Origin: Vicugna vicugna
Lineage: Eukaryota
Assembly (NCBI GenBank): GCA_013265495.1
Contig: MU061542.1
Span: 154,972-218,971, forward strand
Direction of reading: 5' to 3'
DNA: 64,000 nucleotides
Shown: in pieces, positions 26,020 to 39,229 of the stretch
Numbering within the stretch: position 1 is the first letter of the stretch
Layout of the letters: the number at the start of each line of letters is the position of its first letter
Notes under the pieces: model-generated
What the model saw: only the letters and a program-made list of their open reading frames with translations
Databases searched by the model: none
Told to the model about the DNA's origin: nothing
Translations under genes and position numbers: made by a program

Positions 26020-27010
26020 AGAACCTGACAGAATCCCCATATTTTCAGTAAAAGCCAAGTGGAAACAATTGGAGCTCTTCCTAGTTACAATCCAAATGGA
26101 ATAATGCATTTCTTTGTCAACCATAGAACATAATGCCTTAATCAAAATGTTAAGTCATGCAGCTATGGAGATGCTTATAATCTATCCATTAATTTCCCTG
26201 GCTGGAACTACACAGCAGTCTGACACATATTAGAAAATGACAATGGATTTTAAGGAAATTAATTGAGCAGTGATTGCAATTGTATCTGCCATTCCAGATA
26301 TAGTCTCTTTTCTTGGACAATGTAACAAATCCTTGGCATTGATAATTAGTTGTGTGCCTGCAAATTTGTTTCCTTCTTTTTTTTTTTAAATAATATTTCC
26401 TGGCAAGCATAGGTCATCAGGAATTAAGCCTTGTCATACTTATGTGATGCTTCGTATCTGTGTCATGAAATAGTCTTGAAGTACATTGACAACCTCATTA
26501 TCTCCACAGGTTATTTTTGTAGGACACCTCACTGATATTTTGATTGTTGCCAGAGTGAGAAGACTAGAACATCAGGAAGCAGCAAGTTCAAATTCCCCAG
26601 TTACAATGATAAAACATATGTGAGTCAGAGTGGAGAATAAATTTAGAAAATGTTAACATCCTGTACCTCATTGAAATTCCTGGAATTTAAGTACCTGGGC
26701 AATTGAAGTTAAATTCTTCCTCTGTTTCAGTCAGGCTCCTGACTGACCCAAAAATGAGGTAAATTAATAGTGGTAAGTAAGGAAATTTTTTATCTATCTC
26801 TGGAAGGCATGGGAAAGGATACCATCGAAGGATATGGAAGCATGCTAAGGCATTAAAGAGAGGGAGACATTATTCCTCTATGTCGGAAGTGGTACAAGGA
26901 AAAATTATTTATGTAAATTCTGAGACAGTACCTATATCTATTGAAGATGTCAGCTTGATAGAAGCTATATGGTCTTTGTTATATGAATATAGACTTCCTG
27001 GAGCAAATAA
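26020..27010 (+). pseudogene. pol: Degraded ERV-L (class III ERV) pol relic: end of protease, reverse transcriptase and connection region
   Basis: Manual translation gives KAKWKQLEL (26051), QQSDTY*KMTMDFKEIN*AVIAIVSAIPDIVSFLGQCNKS (26213), YLCHEIV, HLTDILI, EHQEAAS, TSLKFL (26665) and AIWSL..WSK. These are collinear with recalled HERV-L pol KAKWKPLEL / WRMTVDYRKLNQVVTPIAAAVPDVVSLLEQINTS / HYIDDIML / TSVKFLG / AVWSL..FWSK. Confidence 0.85.
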
Positions 27011-27094
27011 CATGAGTGTTCAGTGAAAGGGATATGCAACCATAAGTCTCCTCTTGCACTTCATTCCCTGGGCCACTTATTAACTCAATTGAGA

Positions 27095-28432
27095 TTAGTT
27101 CTGTCTTTTCTTTTTTTAACTTTCTCTGACTCTATGAAATGAAGTCAAACAGTTATCTATTGTGTTTTTATGTGGAAGCATCCTTAAAGAGGCTGTGTGT
27201 GTCCAATGCCATTGGTGAGATAGCTGGACTTGATGTAGATGCAAATCATTTCTTTCCTCAGTGTGTGCTAGAAGCTATCACCTTGGTAGAGGGTGGGGAT
27301 GAATATGGAGAGCTAATGCTCAACCAGGTGTGAGGTGAGACTTCCCTTGTGCTTTGTGGCTGTTATCACTCTATCAGGGGCAAGGTCTGATCTCAAGTTG
27401 CTGGAGCAGAAGTCTTGAGTCTCAGTCCAAGTAAGATCTGTTTCCTGTAAGTGTGTGTTTTTCCCTTTTCCTGCACTGGGACTTCTGCTCAAGAGCAGGG
27501 GATTGCTGAAGAAAGTCAAGCCCATGTGGGCTATCAGCTGGTGCTGGGTGCAGACAGAGACCTGAGCTGTATCCATGTGCTGCCTGTGCAGGTGCCCACA
27601 TTTGTTTCCCTGGCTTTGCTCAGAACAGCCTTGGGTCCAAGTGCTTTTGTCCCTCATAGACAGTCAGTGTCCCCAGCCTCCGGCCTCCCGCTATCCAAAC
27701 AGTTCTCAGGGTCTACAGTGTATGCATGGACTCTTGGCATGTATCAGGATTGAGCTGTGGTGTAGGGGCCATGGTCTGAAATCTGGGCTACTTTTGAGTC
27801 ACTGCTTGAGTAAGTGCCAACAGTGGCCACTATTGTCCTACCCTGAGACCTGGGAGACTCTGTGTCCTATGGTCAAGTTTTTTCCCTGGTCATGGCTGTC
27901 CCAGATCCAGTGCTCTGCTGTGGCATGGAATGAGCATGGCCAGAGTTCACTTAGTTCAGTCTGGGGCACACAGCGTGATGGTCATGGGAAACCTGGCAGC
28001 TGCTAGAGAAGACCTCTCTCAGCCCTGTCTTGTGGGGAAGCCAGCATGCACATGCTCCTCATGAGTAGAGTCCAGGCTTCCTACTGCCCTTCTCTTAGTC
28101 CTACAGTCAAGGGGAATTGTCTTCTCCCAGCAGAACCCCAAGATTAGGGAGCTCAAACTGTGACTTGAACAACTCACTCCTCAAGGCTAGTGTTTACCAT
28201 GTATTCTTTATCTTCTGTGTTTCAACCCAGAGGCATAGCTCCTGACTTGAACACTTTCTTTCCTTTCTACTCAGTTACATGTGTATGTTGCTTACAGCCT
28301 TGGTCATATGGTTATTCTTCTTCCAGTTTCCAATTAGTTTTCATTAGGAATTTCACATATAGATGTACTTTTGATATGTTTATAGGGGGGAGTGAGCTCC
28401 ACAGCTTTTTATTCTGCCACTTAGATTGATCT
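27095..28432 (-). mobile_element. Isolated L1 5' UTR fragment up to the ORF1 start region
   Basis: GC-richer block whose 27120-27290 part is homologous to 17700-17930 of the other L1 5' region; ends in an L1-start-like sequence at about 28400-28430. Confidence 0.72.
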
Positions 28433-30449
28433 CTTTCATGCTCCCCTTATTTTTAAAGCAGAGTTAAAATACAGTATATTTTTCTTCATGAATTTTTGCA
28501 CAATATATGATCTTTTGTAGAGTATATTTAAAGGCATTTGAGAATTTGCATTTTTCATGGAGTAGTTAAATTGTCTTCTTTGTACAACTTTAAAATTAAG
28601 AGGAAGAGAAAAGTCCTTCAAGAAACTCTCTAGATTTCTACATTGGCATTTTTCCTCACAATTGAAATTTCATGCTGACAATCATGCTATGGAATTAATA
28701 TTAATTAAAGCAGACAATTTATGAATGTTAAAAACTAAGTAAATAAAATATTTACTTTATTCATTCAAAATATGACTCTATTTCTGTGGGATTTGCAAAG
28801 ATTCAGTTAGATTAACTGAGACATTGTGGGAAAAGAATTTGTTTCTAAGGCTCAATAAAGGTTATCTAAGCCTGCACATTTACTTTGAAAGTCATATAGG
28901 AAATAGCTAGAAAACATCACCCATCTTAGTCTTGAGCTTTGAGAATAATAAAAAGCTCAATACCCCAAATTTATTCATATATCTTATATGAGAAATTAAC
29001 TTCATGATTACATTCCAAAATATATGTATAATACTTTTGTAAAAAATGCAATTATTTTCTTCAAATGATCATTCTATAGTCACTTAAATAACCCTATTTC
29101 TATAAAAAATGTGCTTTACCATATATAAATTTGAAAATTGTATTCATAAAATCATACAGTATCTTAATTTGAGCTCTTTAATTTCAAATGAGGCACCATG
29201 GTAAATGAGAAAAAGGTGTGTATAATCCAAGCCAGTTACAAAAAATTTATAATGCTTTTTTAAATTTTAATTCTTATTTTGAGATATTTCCTGAATTTTA
29301 AAGTTCCACAGCTTCTTTTGGTTTTGAATCAACCTAATATTAACCTGGGATATTTTATTGAGAAATAATGGGCATGACATCTTCGTGTAAGCCCATTAGT
29401 TTCCATGGAAATATATAGTAAATACTCCTTACACTACCTCTTTTAACAAAATTGTTATGAATGATTTTTAAAGTTACATGTGTGACTTAGATATTATGTC
29501 ACTTATACAAGTATACTATTGGACTTCATAGTAGACAAATATGGCCTGCAAGTGCAGGAAATAATGTAATCCTTTCTTGCAAACAGTCTCTCAAGCTTAC
29601 AAACTTGGCCTTAGTTTTATATTTTTGTTTTTTCTTGAACTCCAGAAAGAAAAATAATTTTTAACAAGGACATTCTACTCTTTTGTGGTTAGCTCTTTAA
29701 AGCTAAGAACAGTTTCAGTAGAGTGAGAAATCACCTCATGACTCTTGAACTTTCATAAGTTAAATAAAATTGTTTGCAATGATCCCTTGAAAACTTTATC
29801 TGAGACTCAATACTAGTTGAAGTGGAAAAATCATGGCTCAAAATTCTATAATTCTGTAAAGAAGAAATTGAATCATATTGGCCAGGGTTAGTGAGGGCAT
29901 GATTGAAAAGCTGAACAGGAGCGTGGTTTGACTCTGGTGAGATTTTGCTAAGCTGTCAGGTCAAAGTTGTGCTGACAGGGAGCTTTACCTGAGAACCAGA
30001 CAGAACTTGAGCATTATACTATAGATTTGCCCATAGAATTTTCCTTAAATCAACCAATTGAAAAGATTAAACATAGGTGCATGTAAATATTGTGCAAGCA
30101 CTTGATATATAATATTTAATAGTAATATAAGTAGGTTTTACAAATCCTGTCTCTCTAAATTTCTTATTCATATGGTGTGTTACTGAGATATTGAGGAAAA
30201 AAATCTATGCATATATAGACCCAGACTGTTAAATGTCATATATGTTTAAGTATGTGAGTTGCAATGTGGGAAAACTCTTTAGTAGAAGATGCAAGGAATT
30301 ACTCTTGACAAGAGAGTGAAAATGTATAATTTGAATGCTGAGTTTTAATTTTTTTTTATTTCTTGTATATTTTACTGAGTTTGTTTGTTTTTCACCAGAT
30401 GCTAGTAACTATCAGGTTAAAAATGTTTATCAAGTAAATACATTTTTTT

Positions 30450-30940
30450 TGTTTTTAAATAGAATTTATTAAATATTTACACACATATACATATATAAGT
30501 TTAGTATCTTTAATGAAACTACCACCACAATTAATAGTCGACATTTCCTTCCACTCAAAAAGTTTCCATGTGACTCTTAGGAGTCAGTCCCTCTACCTTT
30601 AGTCCCAGCCAAGTACCAAACTGTTTCTGTTATTTTGAACTTCTCTTGTTTTCTTTGCTTTATTGCAAATTAATTTTTGTGCACAGTGAGATAAAGGTTG
30701 AGGATTATTTTTAAATTCCATACAGTACTACTTTTAAAGTGCTTTCTCCACTAACTTACCTTGATTTATTTGTAAACAATTAGTTGTTAAATATATATAT
30801 ATATATCTATTTCTGGACTTTATTTGTTTTCATTGATCAATATGACTATGTTCTTGTTAATTTACACTGTTTTAATTACTGTAGCTTTTCACTCAAACCT
30901 GAGGTCAAGTAGTTTGCATTTTCTGACTTTACTCAATCTT
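30450..30940 (-). mobile_element. Old L1 (L1MD/ME-like) 3' UTR and ORF2 fragments
   Basis: 'gaaactaccaccacaattaatag..acatttccttccactcaaaaagtttcc..gtcagtccctc' and 'tctatttctggactttatt'. Confidence 0.6.
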
Positions 30941-31809
30941 TTCAAAAGTAAAATAAGTTTTGAAAGAGTGAACTATACAAAATTATATAAGATCTGGTGT
31001 ATATATAGTTTTATATTAAATTATATAAAATCTGCTTCTTATTGGAGAACTCAATAGAACTTTGAATATTTTAGTGGGATTTGTAAATCTTCAAGAGAAA
31101 ATATTCAATTATAACATTTGCTGAACTGTTCTACAAAATTCATATCCCCACTCCCCCCAAAATAGTTTAGCTGCAAGTTTATTTTCTAAGGGCCTGCGCT
31201 TTAGTGGTAGGGACATACATAATGACACAAGATAAACAATACATTTAAATCCAGCAATTGATGTAAAATCCCTATAAGATTAAGAAAACATGGACTCAAA
31301 GTAAGTGGAATATAATACACACTGGTGGGGTAACATTTGTATATTTAAGATATGCAAATTCAAATACTACTGTCTAGCAAAAAGCAAAGAAAAATAATAC
31401 ATTTAAAGGAATAAAAATATTAATTTAAATATACAGTAGACCTCTTTTCATAGTGAGCCTCCAAAGTAAATCAAAGCACAAAATGAAAAGCATCTGTTTT
31501 TAGATAAATTTACTGTGATACAATATGTTTGACAGTATAATTTAAATGGATGAGTGAAGGGATTATTCATAGATAATTTTAAGTATGTATATGAAAATAT
31601 GCTTTCATATACTGACTTTAACATCTACAGTCATATAAAATGAAACTAGTATGTAATGTATGGCCAAACTCTTTATTAAGTGGAAGCCCAGTGCTCTGAA
31701 TACTTGGTCATACGGTCGAGATACACAAATGACAAAAATTTCTCCTGGTAATAGGAAAAAACAACTGTCACTAAAGGCTTTGTTTTTGTTTAAAATAATT
31801 CAGGAATCA

Positions 31810-33818
31810 AAATTCCTGAGGCAGTCCAACACAAGGTCACTAAGATACTCTTTTATATTTTCTCCAAAAAGTGTATATTTTAAAGTTTTACATTTAGATC
31901 TATGATTAATTTTAGGTAGATTTTATATATACAGGTATCAGTTAATTTCCTTCCACATGAATGCCAAACTTTTAAAACAAGTAACCTTTCTCTGTCAAAT
32001 TTCCTTTGCACCTTTGTCTAAGTCAATTTACCATGTATATGTTGGCCTATTTTTAGGTTCACTTTTCTATTTACTTGATTTATGTGACTATTATTTTATC
32101 ATTACCAGACAATCTATTTGCTATAGCTTCAAAATACATGTTGAGATCAGATAGTTTGAGACATCCAAATTTATTTTTATTTTTGAGAATTGTTTTGGCT
32201 TTTAAGTCTCTTACATTTTTCCTTATGTTCTAGATTAACTTGTACATTTCTACAAACATGTATTCTCATAGTTCAATTGAGATTATTTGGGAGAAAATTA
32301 AAACCTTGTCAGTAATGGGTTTTCCAATGCATGAATACAATATAGTCAATTTATTTAGGTATTGTTTGACACAACACATCACTGTTTCATAGTTTTCAGC
32401 ATACAAAACTTGCATATCTTTTTGTTATAACTATACATACATATTCATGTTTTTAGTGCTGTTGGAAATAGGACTATTCAAAAATACATAAATTTCTATT
32501 TTATACTGTAGTCTATAGAAAATCAGTTAATGTTTTTATATTGACCTTGTATCCTACAATCTTTTAAAATTAACTTATTAGAAAGAGTTGATTTTCTTTA
32601 AATTAGCTGAAATTTTTCATGTAGACATTCATGTCATCTGCACACAAAGATAAATTTATTCTTTTCTTTCCTATCTGTAGTAAGTTTCCTTCTTTACTTA
32701 GATTATTATACTGGCTAGGACATCTACTGTACTATTGAATGGGAACAGTGAATGTGGATGCCACCATTTTGTTCCCAATTTGGGAAATAGGATATTCTGT
32801 TTTTCACCATAAAGTATGATGCACTATGCTATTTTTACTGTTATTCTTTGTCATGTTGAGGATAATTTCTTTGGCAACAAAAATGTAAAAAAAGTTGATA
32901 AATCAGACATTATCAGAATTTAAAACTTCCACTTTCTGAAAGAAATTTAAAATATCACAAAATAGGCAAGAATAATTGGAAAAGTATATATCTGCTAGTG
33001 GATTGCCACCCAGAATATATAAAGAAATCTCATAATTTGATAATAAGAAAACAAACATTCTGATAAAATTTAGACATAACTCTGAACAGATAAGGATATA
33101 CTGATGATGAACAAACACATAAGAAAGTGCTCAATGATAGTAGTCATTAGAGAAATTCAAATAAAACCACATTGATATTGCACTGAAAACAACTGGAATG
33201 ATTATCATAAAATAAGGATAGTATACAATAGAGGTGAAATTTTGCAGTAACCACAACTTTCATGTAACACTGATACAGTTTAAAATGGTACAACCACTTA
33301 GTAAAATTGAAATCGTTCATATAGTTATGCATACATATGTGACACAGCCATTCTACTCCTATGTATTATCCAAGAGAAATCAAAGTTCATGCTGGCACAA
33401 AATCTTGTATGTGACTGTGGACAGAAGTTTTATACATAATAGTCAAAAAAATTGGAAACAGTTAAATGTCCATAAAGAAGTTAATGGATAAACTAATTGT
33501 AGTGTATACATGCAATGGAACATTATTTAGTGTTTAAGAAATGCAAAAGCATGAATTAATAACAAAAGTATTGTGCTGGATGATCTTATTTATATAATAT
33601 TCTAGAAAAGATAAAATTACAAGGACAAAACAAATGTTTGGTTACAGGTGAGAACAGAAGGAGGGCATTTACTGAAAACTGACAAAAGAGAACTGTTCTA
33701 TGGTTTGATTGTGGTGATGTTTACATGATTAACATGTCAAAAATTCATAAATCTGACAAAAAGGTGAATTTATGATATGTAAATTTAATCTTAATAAATG
33801 TTAACTCTTTAAAAAAGA
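31810..33818 (+). mobile_element. Old L1 with inverted 5' part (minus ORF2 about 31810-32870; plus ORF2 C-terminus and 3' UTR about 32870-33818)
   Basis: Strand skew flips at about 32870, and the two halves are adjacent in ORF2. Ends aaatttaatcttaataaa..aaaaaaag. Confidence 0.75.
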
Positions 33819-34308
33819 AGTGGTTCAAATTGTAAAGTCCATCTGGCACAGTCATTCTTTTGTTTAATAATAATTTTGAGCATGCCATTCTTAAAATACC
33901 ATACCCAAAGTATGCCGCGCAGTGTGATAAGATCTGGAGCAATGTGGCAAACCAATCAGACAAAATTTCTTGCTCTTATGAAGCTCACATTTTAGTGAGG
34001 AAAAGTCTAATAATAAACATATAAATCAGCTAAGTATGCACTACTTTACATGGTGAAAAATAGTACAAAATAAAGAAGAAAAAGAGAAAGTATCAGTAAG
34101 CAGATAAATAGGAGAGAATTATGTGGCTATTGGGGAATAAAAAGTTCCAATATATGCAAAGCAAACAGTATAGGAAAAGATCTTGAGTACTCTCAGGTTC
34201 CATTAATAGTATAGAGGTGATTGTGACTGGAGTAGAAGGAGATAATTTTTGTACATACTTACACATATTCCCACACTTTGCATTAAAAAATTTAGTTTGA
34301 TTATGATT

Positions 34309-34350
34309 CAGATAGATAGATGACAGATGAAAGATAGATAGATAGATGAT
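34309..34350. repeat. (GATA)n microsatellite, imperfect
   Basis: agatagatagatgacagatgaaagatagatagatagatgat. Confidence 0.85.
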
Positions 34351-34409
34351 ATATGTGTGCTTCTTTTTTCAAGAATCCCTTAGATCCCATTAACATAGGC
34401 TTAAATCCA

Positions 34410-34415
<6 letters not shown>

Positions 34416-34438
<23 letters not shown>
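34416..34438. repeat. (CA)n microsatellite
   Basis: acacacacacacacacacacaca. Confidence 0.9.
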
Positions 34439-34440
<2 letters not shown>

Positions 34441-34479
34441 GCTTTGGTATTTTGTATTTTTCAATTCTATAAATAAAAC

Positions 34480-35400
34480 TTATTTTTAACTAAATGCTTT
34501 CCAAAGTAGAATCATAGAACACACTTTTCCCCCATGTTCCATTTTTTATTTAATTAATATTATCTTTTGATACACTTTTAAGATGACAGAGAGTCAGTGA
34601 ATCTTTTTAATGGCTACATAATATTCCATGGTATGAAATAACACACTTTATCTAGTAAGTTCTCCGTAGATAGGTATTTCAGTGTGTGCATATCTGTGTG
34701 TGTGTTTGCCTCTACTAACGACAGTGCAACAATATAAGAATATTTTTGGCTATAATTCTTTATGGAATTATATTAATAGAGTAGATTTCAGAAAGAACTA
34801 TGTAACAGTGCAAATTTATTCTAATTTTCAATAGATAACCCTACTTGGGTGTATATAGCTCTATCAGTATTACATAACATAGCTGTCATATCAAATTAGT
34901 GGGCTATAACTCATTTTAACAATTGTCAGTCTAATATGTATAAAGTGATATCTCATTGATACATTAATTTAGATAACTCTGTCTACTATTATTTCTGAGA
35001 ATCTTTGCAGTTATTTGGACATCTCTTGTCAGAATTGTCATATTCAGTTTTTAATTTTTTCTTGGGGTATTTTCATCCTTCTTGTCAATTTCTGAAAGCT
35101 CCTTAGATATTATAAATGCTTGCAGTGTAAGTCCACCCTCCACCTCAGATATATGGTTTGCCTATTGATTTTATAATTAAAAAAATTATATATATATATA
35201 TACTTTTTTGTTTTTATATTTACATATATATATAGTTTATGCAGTTAAATACATATACCTTTTATTTATTACCATCTGTATTCCCAGAAGATCCACAAGT
35301 CCCTAAGTATTTTCTTGTAATATTTGTTTTATATTTTACATTAAATATATTTACCAATCCTAAATAATTGACATGTTCTCTGAGTTAAGTATTCATTTTT
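34480..35400 (-). mobile_element. Ancient L1ME-like fragment
   Basis: 'tttttaatggctacataatattccatggtatg' and 'aagtgatatctcattg' are diverged antisense ORF2-end motifs. Confidence 0.55.
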
Positions 35401-35441
35401 ATGAATGTAAATTAGCTCTATATTTAAAATATATTATATTT

Positions 35442-35657
35442 TTTAAATTTAAATAGTTTTTATTGAAATACAGTCAGTTTACAATGTTGCATTAATTTCT
35501 GGTGTGCAGTGTAATGTTTCAGTCATCCATATACATACCTATATTCTTTTTCAGATTTTTTACATTATAAGTTACTAACATATATTGAATATAGTTCCTT
35601 GTGCTGTACAGTAGAAACTTGTTATTTATCTATTTTATATTTAGTACTTAGTGTATA
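35442..35657 (-). mobile_element. Short lineage-specific L1 3'-end insertion
   Basis: ttttattgaaatacagtcagtttacaatgttg..ttccttgtgctgtacagtag; candidate low-complexity TSD attatattt at 35433 and 35658, the second followed by aaaa. Confidence 0.8.
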
Positions 35658-35774
35658 ATTATATTTAAAATAAATAATATATAATTATATTGAATGGATA
35701 ATTTTTTTCATTTTATTGTGCCATGAACATATACCTTATTTTCCTTGAAGATTTGTCCTATATTTCTTAATTTA

Positions 35775-36140
35775 AGTTCCCCCATACTCCAAACCTCCCC
35801 CAACACTGCACCCTCCCAACCAACTTTGGGACAAGGAATTTGATACAAGTGGATTATTTAAGAAATAAAACCAGCAAGTCAAGGAACAACATAGGAAAGT
35901 TGAGAGAAGAATGGAAGAAGAAATAGCAAAAGTTGTAGTAATGGATGGGCACCTGGGGCAAGATCACACCAGGGATTGTGTTGATCTGTCTCACCTGAAA
36001 GTGGGGAGGCTAGGGTATTATTCAAAGAAAGACTGAGTACCAAGGAATACTTCTACCTTGAGATGATGAGAGACAGATGCTTGAGGTGGGAAACAACTTG
36101 TATGTGACTACAGGTAAACTCAGAAGGGAAAATGGGGAGG
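35775..36140 (-). mobile_element. ERVL LTR, LTR16-like
   Basis: 'gggacaaggaatttgatacaagtggattatttaagaa..ccagcaag' resembles the recalled LTR16 antisense consensus. Confidence 0.5.
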
Positions 36141-37201
36141 AGAATCTTCTATGCTGCATATGATTGGATTATTCTGTGAAACTTAACATTTTCTGAACAT
36201 CTTCACCTTTTACTAGTTCTGTCTGAAATATTTCCCACAACCATCAAGTAAATTCAGCATAGTAAAATGAAATAAAAGGATGCCCAGTGAGCCCATATAT
36301 TTCAATTACTAAAACTGGTATTTTTATTCCTAGCAGTTTGTGTTAACTTGATTACTACAAGAAATTTAAGAAAAGCGAGGAAGATACCCATCATCACCCA
36401 GAACTGAATCCTCATATTACTTATTTTCTCTTTAACTTGGACTCAATATTCCTCTTTCCCCACTCTCTCAAACTCAACCTGTGTCCTCCTGAACTTAGAG
36501 AATATTATCCACTGTTTCCCAATATTCTTAATCATTTCTCTGAAAGATGATTTCTTTTTGTCTTAGATATGAGCTGGATATTCATTATGGATACTATTTC
36601 TTCTTCAATTCTTCAAAGTGAAAGTTGTCTTTCTTCAACCTCTGCCATGCATTTCAGTTAATTTGTTCCTCTTTATTCTATTTATATTATGTCCCCTTTT
36701 ATTCTATTCACCTTTCTAAAATATTTTTCTCCCAACCTGATTTACAAGTAGGTATCTTGGATTCAGAGAGATTCCAAATGAATAAAGGTGATTTTCCTCA
36801 GCTCTTTTACCATGTCCAGACTTTGGTGTAGTGTTCCAGGCCCTCTCTGAAGAGTCTGAGGAGCAAGCTGATAGATATACATTAACTCACATTGGAGGTG
36901 GACGTCTTTGACACTAATCTGTTACATCAGACTACACATGGTGGCTTAAAATATGTTTACTTAATATTTGGTTTCTTATTCTCATTTATTTCAGATTTCT
37001 TATTTGTCCACCATTTCACCAGAGAGAGGAATAGCTATGGGTCTCCTCTCTCCTATAAGAACCACAATCACTTTTAAAATTTAGTTTATTTACGCTTATT
37101 CTCATCTCTGATTTTTAATCTGGGATTTTGTAGATTATTCAAATTGTTTTCATTCTTAGGTAGAGAATGAAAGTCTTTTTAATCTTTGCAAATTGAAAAA
37201 G

Positions 37202-37655
37202 TGTTGCTCACTATCCAGCACTACAAAGATTGAGTCATTAGCCACTGCAGTCGCTGAACTTCAACACACCCTGAAAAGAGTTCAGTGCAGAGATCAGAAA
37301 TAAAGTATTTTGCTCTCTGAGGAAAATGGCAGAGCAGGCCTTCAGATAGATACTTTCAGGAGAAAATTTAATGAAGACTTTTCTTTTTGCATCTCTTCAT
37401 ACTTAAAAAAGGCACTAAAATCATTAATTGAGGTATCTGTTCCTTGTGACCAGCAGCAAGCTTCTACAGAGATGTGTGCTTGATTGCAATTACCCTCTTC
37501 TCCAAAGTCACATATATGCTGACCTCACCTCTTACCTCTTTGGAGCAGTTCCTCAGAACTATCTGAGAAGGTATCTTCTGGGCTTTAGTCCTCAGTAAAT
37601 CCCTAAATAAGCTAAACCTCCAGCTCTCACTTTGGGCATTTTAATTTTAGTTGGC
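37202..37655 (+). mobile_element. ERV1-type solo LTR (MER41-like cetartiodactyl family, tentative)
   Basis: Starts TG; contains 'gagtcattagccactgcagtcgctga..cacaccctgaaa' and 'cctctttggagcagttcctcagaactatctgaga..gtcctcagtaa..aataa' (poly(A)-signal region). Confidence 0.65.
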
Positions 37656-37885
37656 CTCTTCCACATCATAACAAAATTTCAGAGTTTCCATTCTTTGACT
37701 TTTTTTTAAACTCTATTTCTCTTAGTCATATCCTATCTCCTAATATTTTCAATAACTACAATTCTTACAAAATTTTTATTTCAACCACATAGTTCTATAA
37801 CCATAATCTCTTTCATTACAATGTAATTGCTCTAGCAATCTCATTCCAATATTTCTTTCAATTCATTAGAAATGTCAATTCCTTC

Positions 37886-38738
37886 TGTGAGAAAATGGAA
37901 AAAGTATATATACATATTGGCCTCTGCATCCAGTTCCTGACAGAGCTCCTTGTAATTCCATAATTGACAAAGAGCACTAGAAACATCTTTTATTCTAATG
38001 AGTTGACTCTTGTTGGGCTCCTGGATAAGATACAGTCACCAGAAAGACCAAACCATAATTCAAAACTTGAAATTTTTAGCCCCTCTCTACTTCTCTAGTG
38101 AAGGGGGAGGAGCTGGAAATAGAGTTAATAATGATCATGTCTACTATGAGAAGGCCTTTAAGAAAATTCCAATAGCATGAAGTTCAGAAAGCTTCCATGT
38201 TGGTAAAAACAGCTACACCAGGGTGGTCACCATCACCCCTCCCAACTTCATAGAAATAGAAGCTCCTTAGTTTGGGAAACTCCTAGTCTTCACCCTCTAT
38301 ATCTTTCATCTGCCAATTCATCTGTATTTTGTAACATATTCTTTAATAAACTGGTTAACAGAAGTACATAAGTGTTTCACTGATTTCTGAGAGCTGCTTT
38401 AGCAAAGTAATTGCCCTAAGGAGGGAGTCCTAAGAAACTCCAATTTGTAAAGTCAAACAGAATTTGTAGGTAACCTGGGAACTTACTACTTATGATTGGC
38501 ATCTGAAGTGAGGAGAGGGCAGTCTTGGACTGAGCTCTTAACCTGTGGGATCTGACACTATTTCCAGGTAAATATTGTCATAATTGAGTTAAACTTTATG
38601 ACATCCAGCTGGTGTCTCAGAGAATTGTTTGGTAAAGGAAAAATCCTTGGTACAGAGTAGAGAGTATCAGAAGTGAAATGTTCTGTGTGAAAGTAGAGGA
38701 CACAGAGGAGAAAAGACTGGTGTTATTTTCCTAATACA
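37886..38738 (+). mobile_element. MER21-type solo LTR
   Basis: TG...CA ends, about 850 bp, with 'ggtaacctgggaac..gattggcatctgaagtg..gcagtcttggactgagctcttaacctgtgggatctgacact' and AATAAA at about 38345. Confidence 0.8.
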
Positions 38739-39229
38739 GACGAGAAAAGACTAATGTCTTTCCTCTGACATTTTTTATAATCCATGCTCTTTCAAGTTCT
38801 CATGTGTAGCCATACTCTGGTTGCATTTCATAGTCTGCAATTTTACCATTTTATTATTTTTATTGCTATCATCATCAATTCAAATTTCTTCTCTCCTTTC
38901 ATTTTACTGACTTTCATAATGAAAAATAATTTGAATTGCCATAGAAAAATTACACAGCTTAGATTCACTACAAATCTCAATTATAGGTTTAAAATTATTT
39001 AATTATTCTATTTCCAACATCCTTTTAGATGATGACTTCTTTGTTACTGACTTCCAGTTACAATTTCTGCCTTCACTTTACATTATCGTTTAACTGACTT
39101 CTGAGGTCTTAGGCATTTCATTTCTCTTTGATTCTGGGATTCTCTTGTTCTTGGAAATCTCTTGATACTCCAGTAAAAGTGTGCTTTGTTTGTTTATTTT
39201 CTTCTTAATTTTTTTATTAGCTACTCTTA

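Noticed and set aside
37202..37655. Interferon-responsive (GAS/STAT) enhancer in the MER41-like LTR
   Set aside because: I saw no intact TTC-N3-GAA, only TTC-N4-GAA at about 37354 and a degenerate atctgagaa, and the family assignment is tentative
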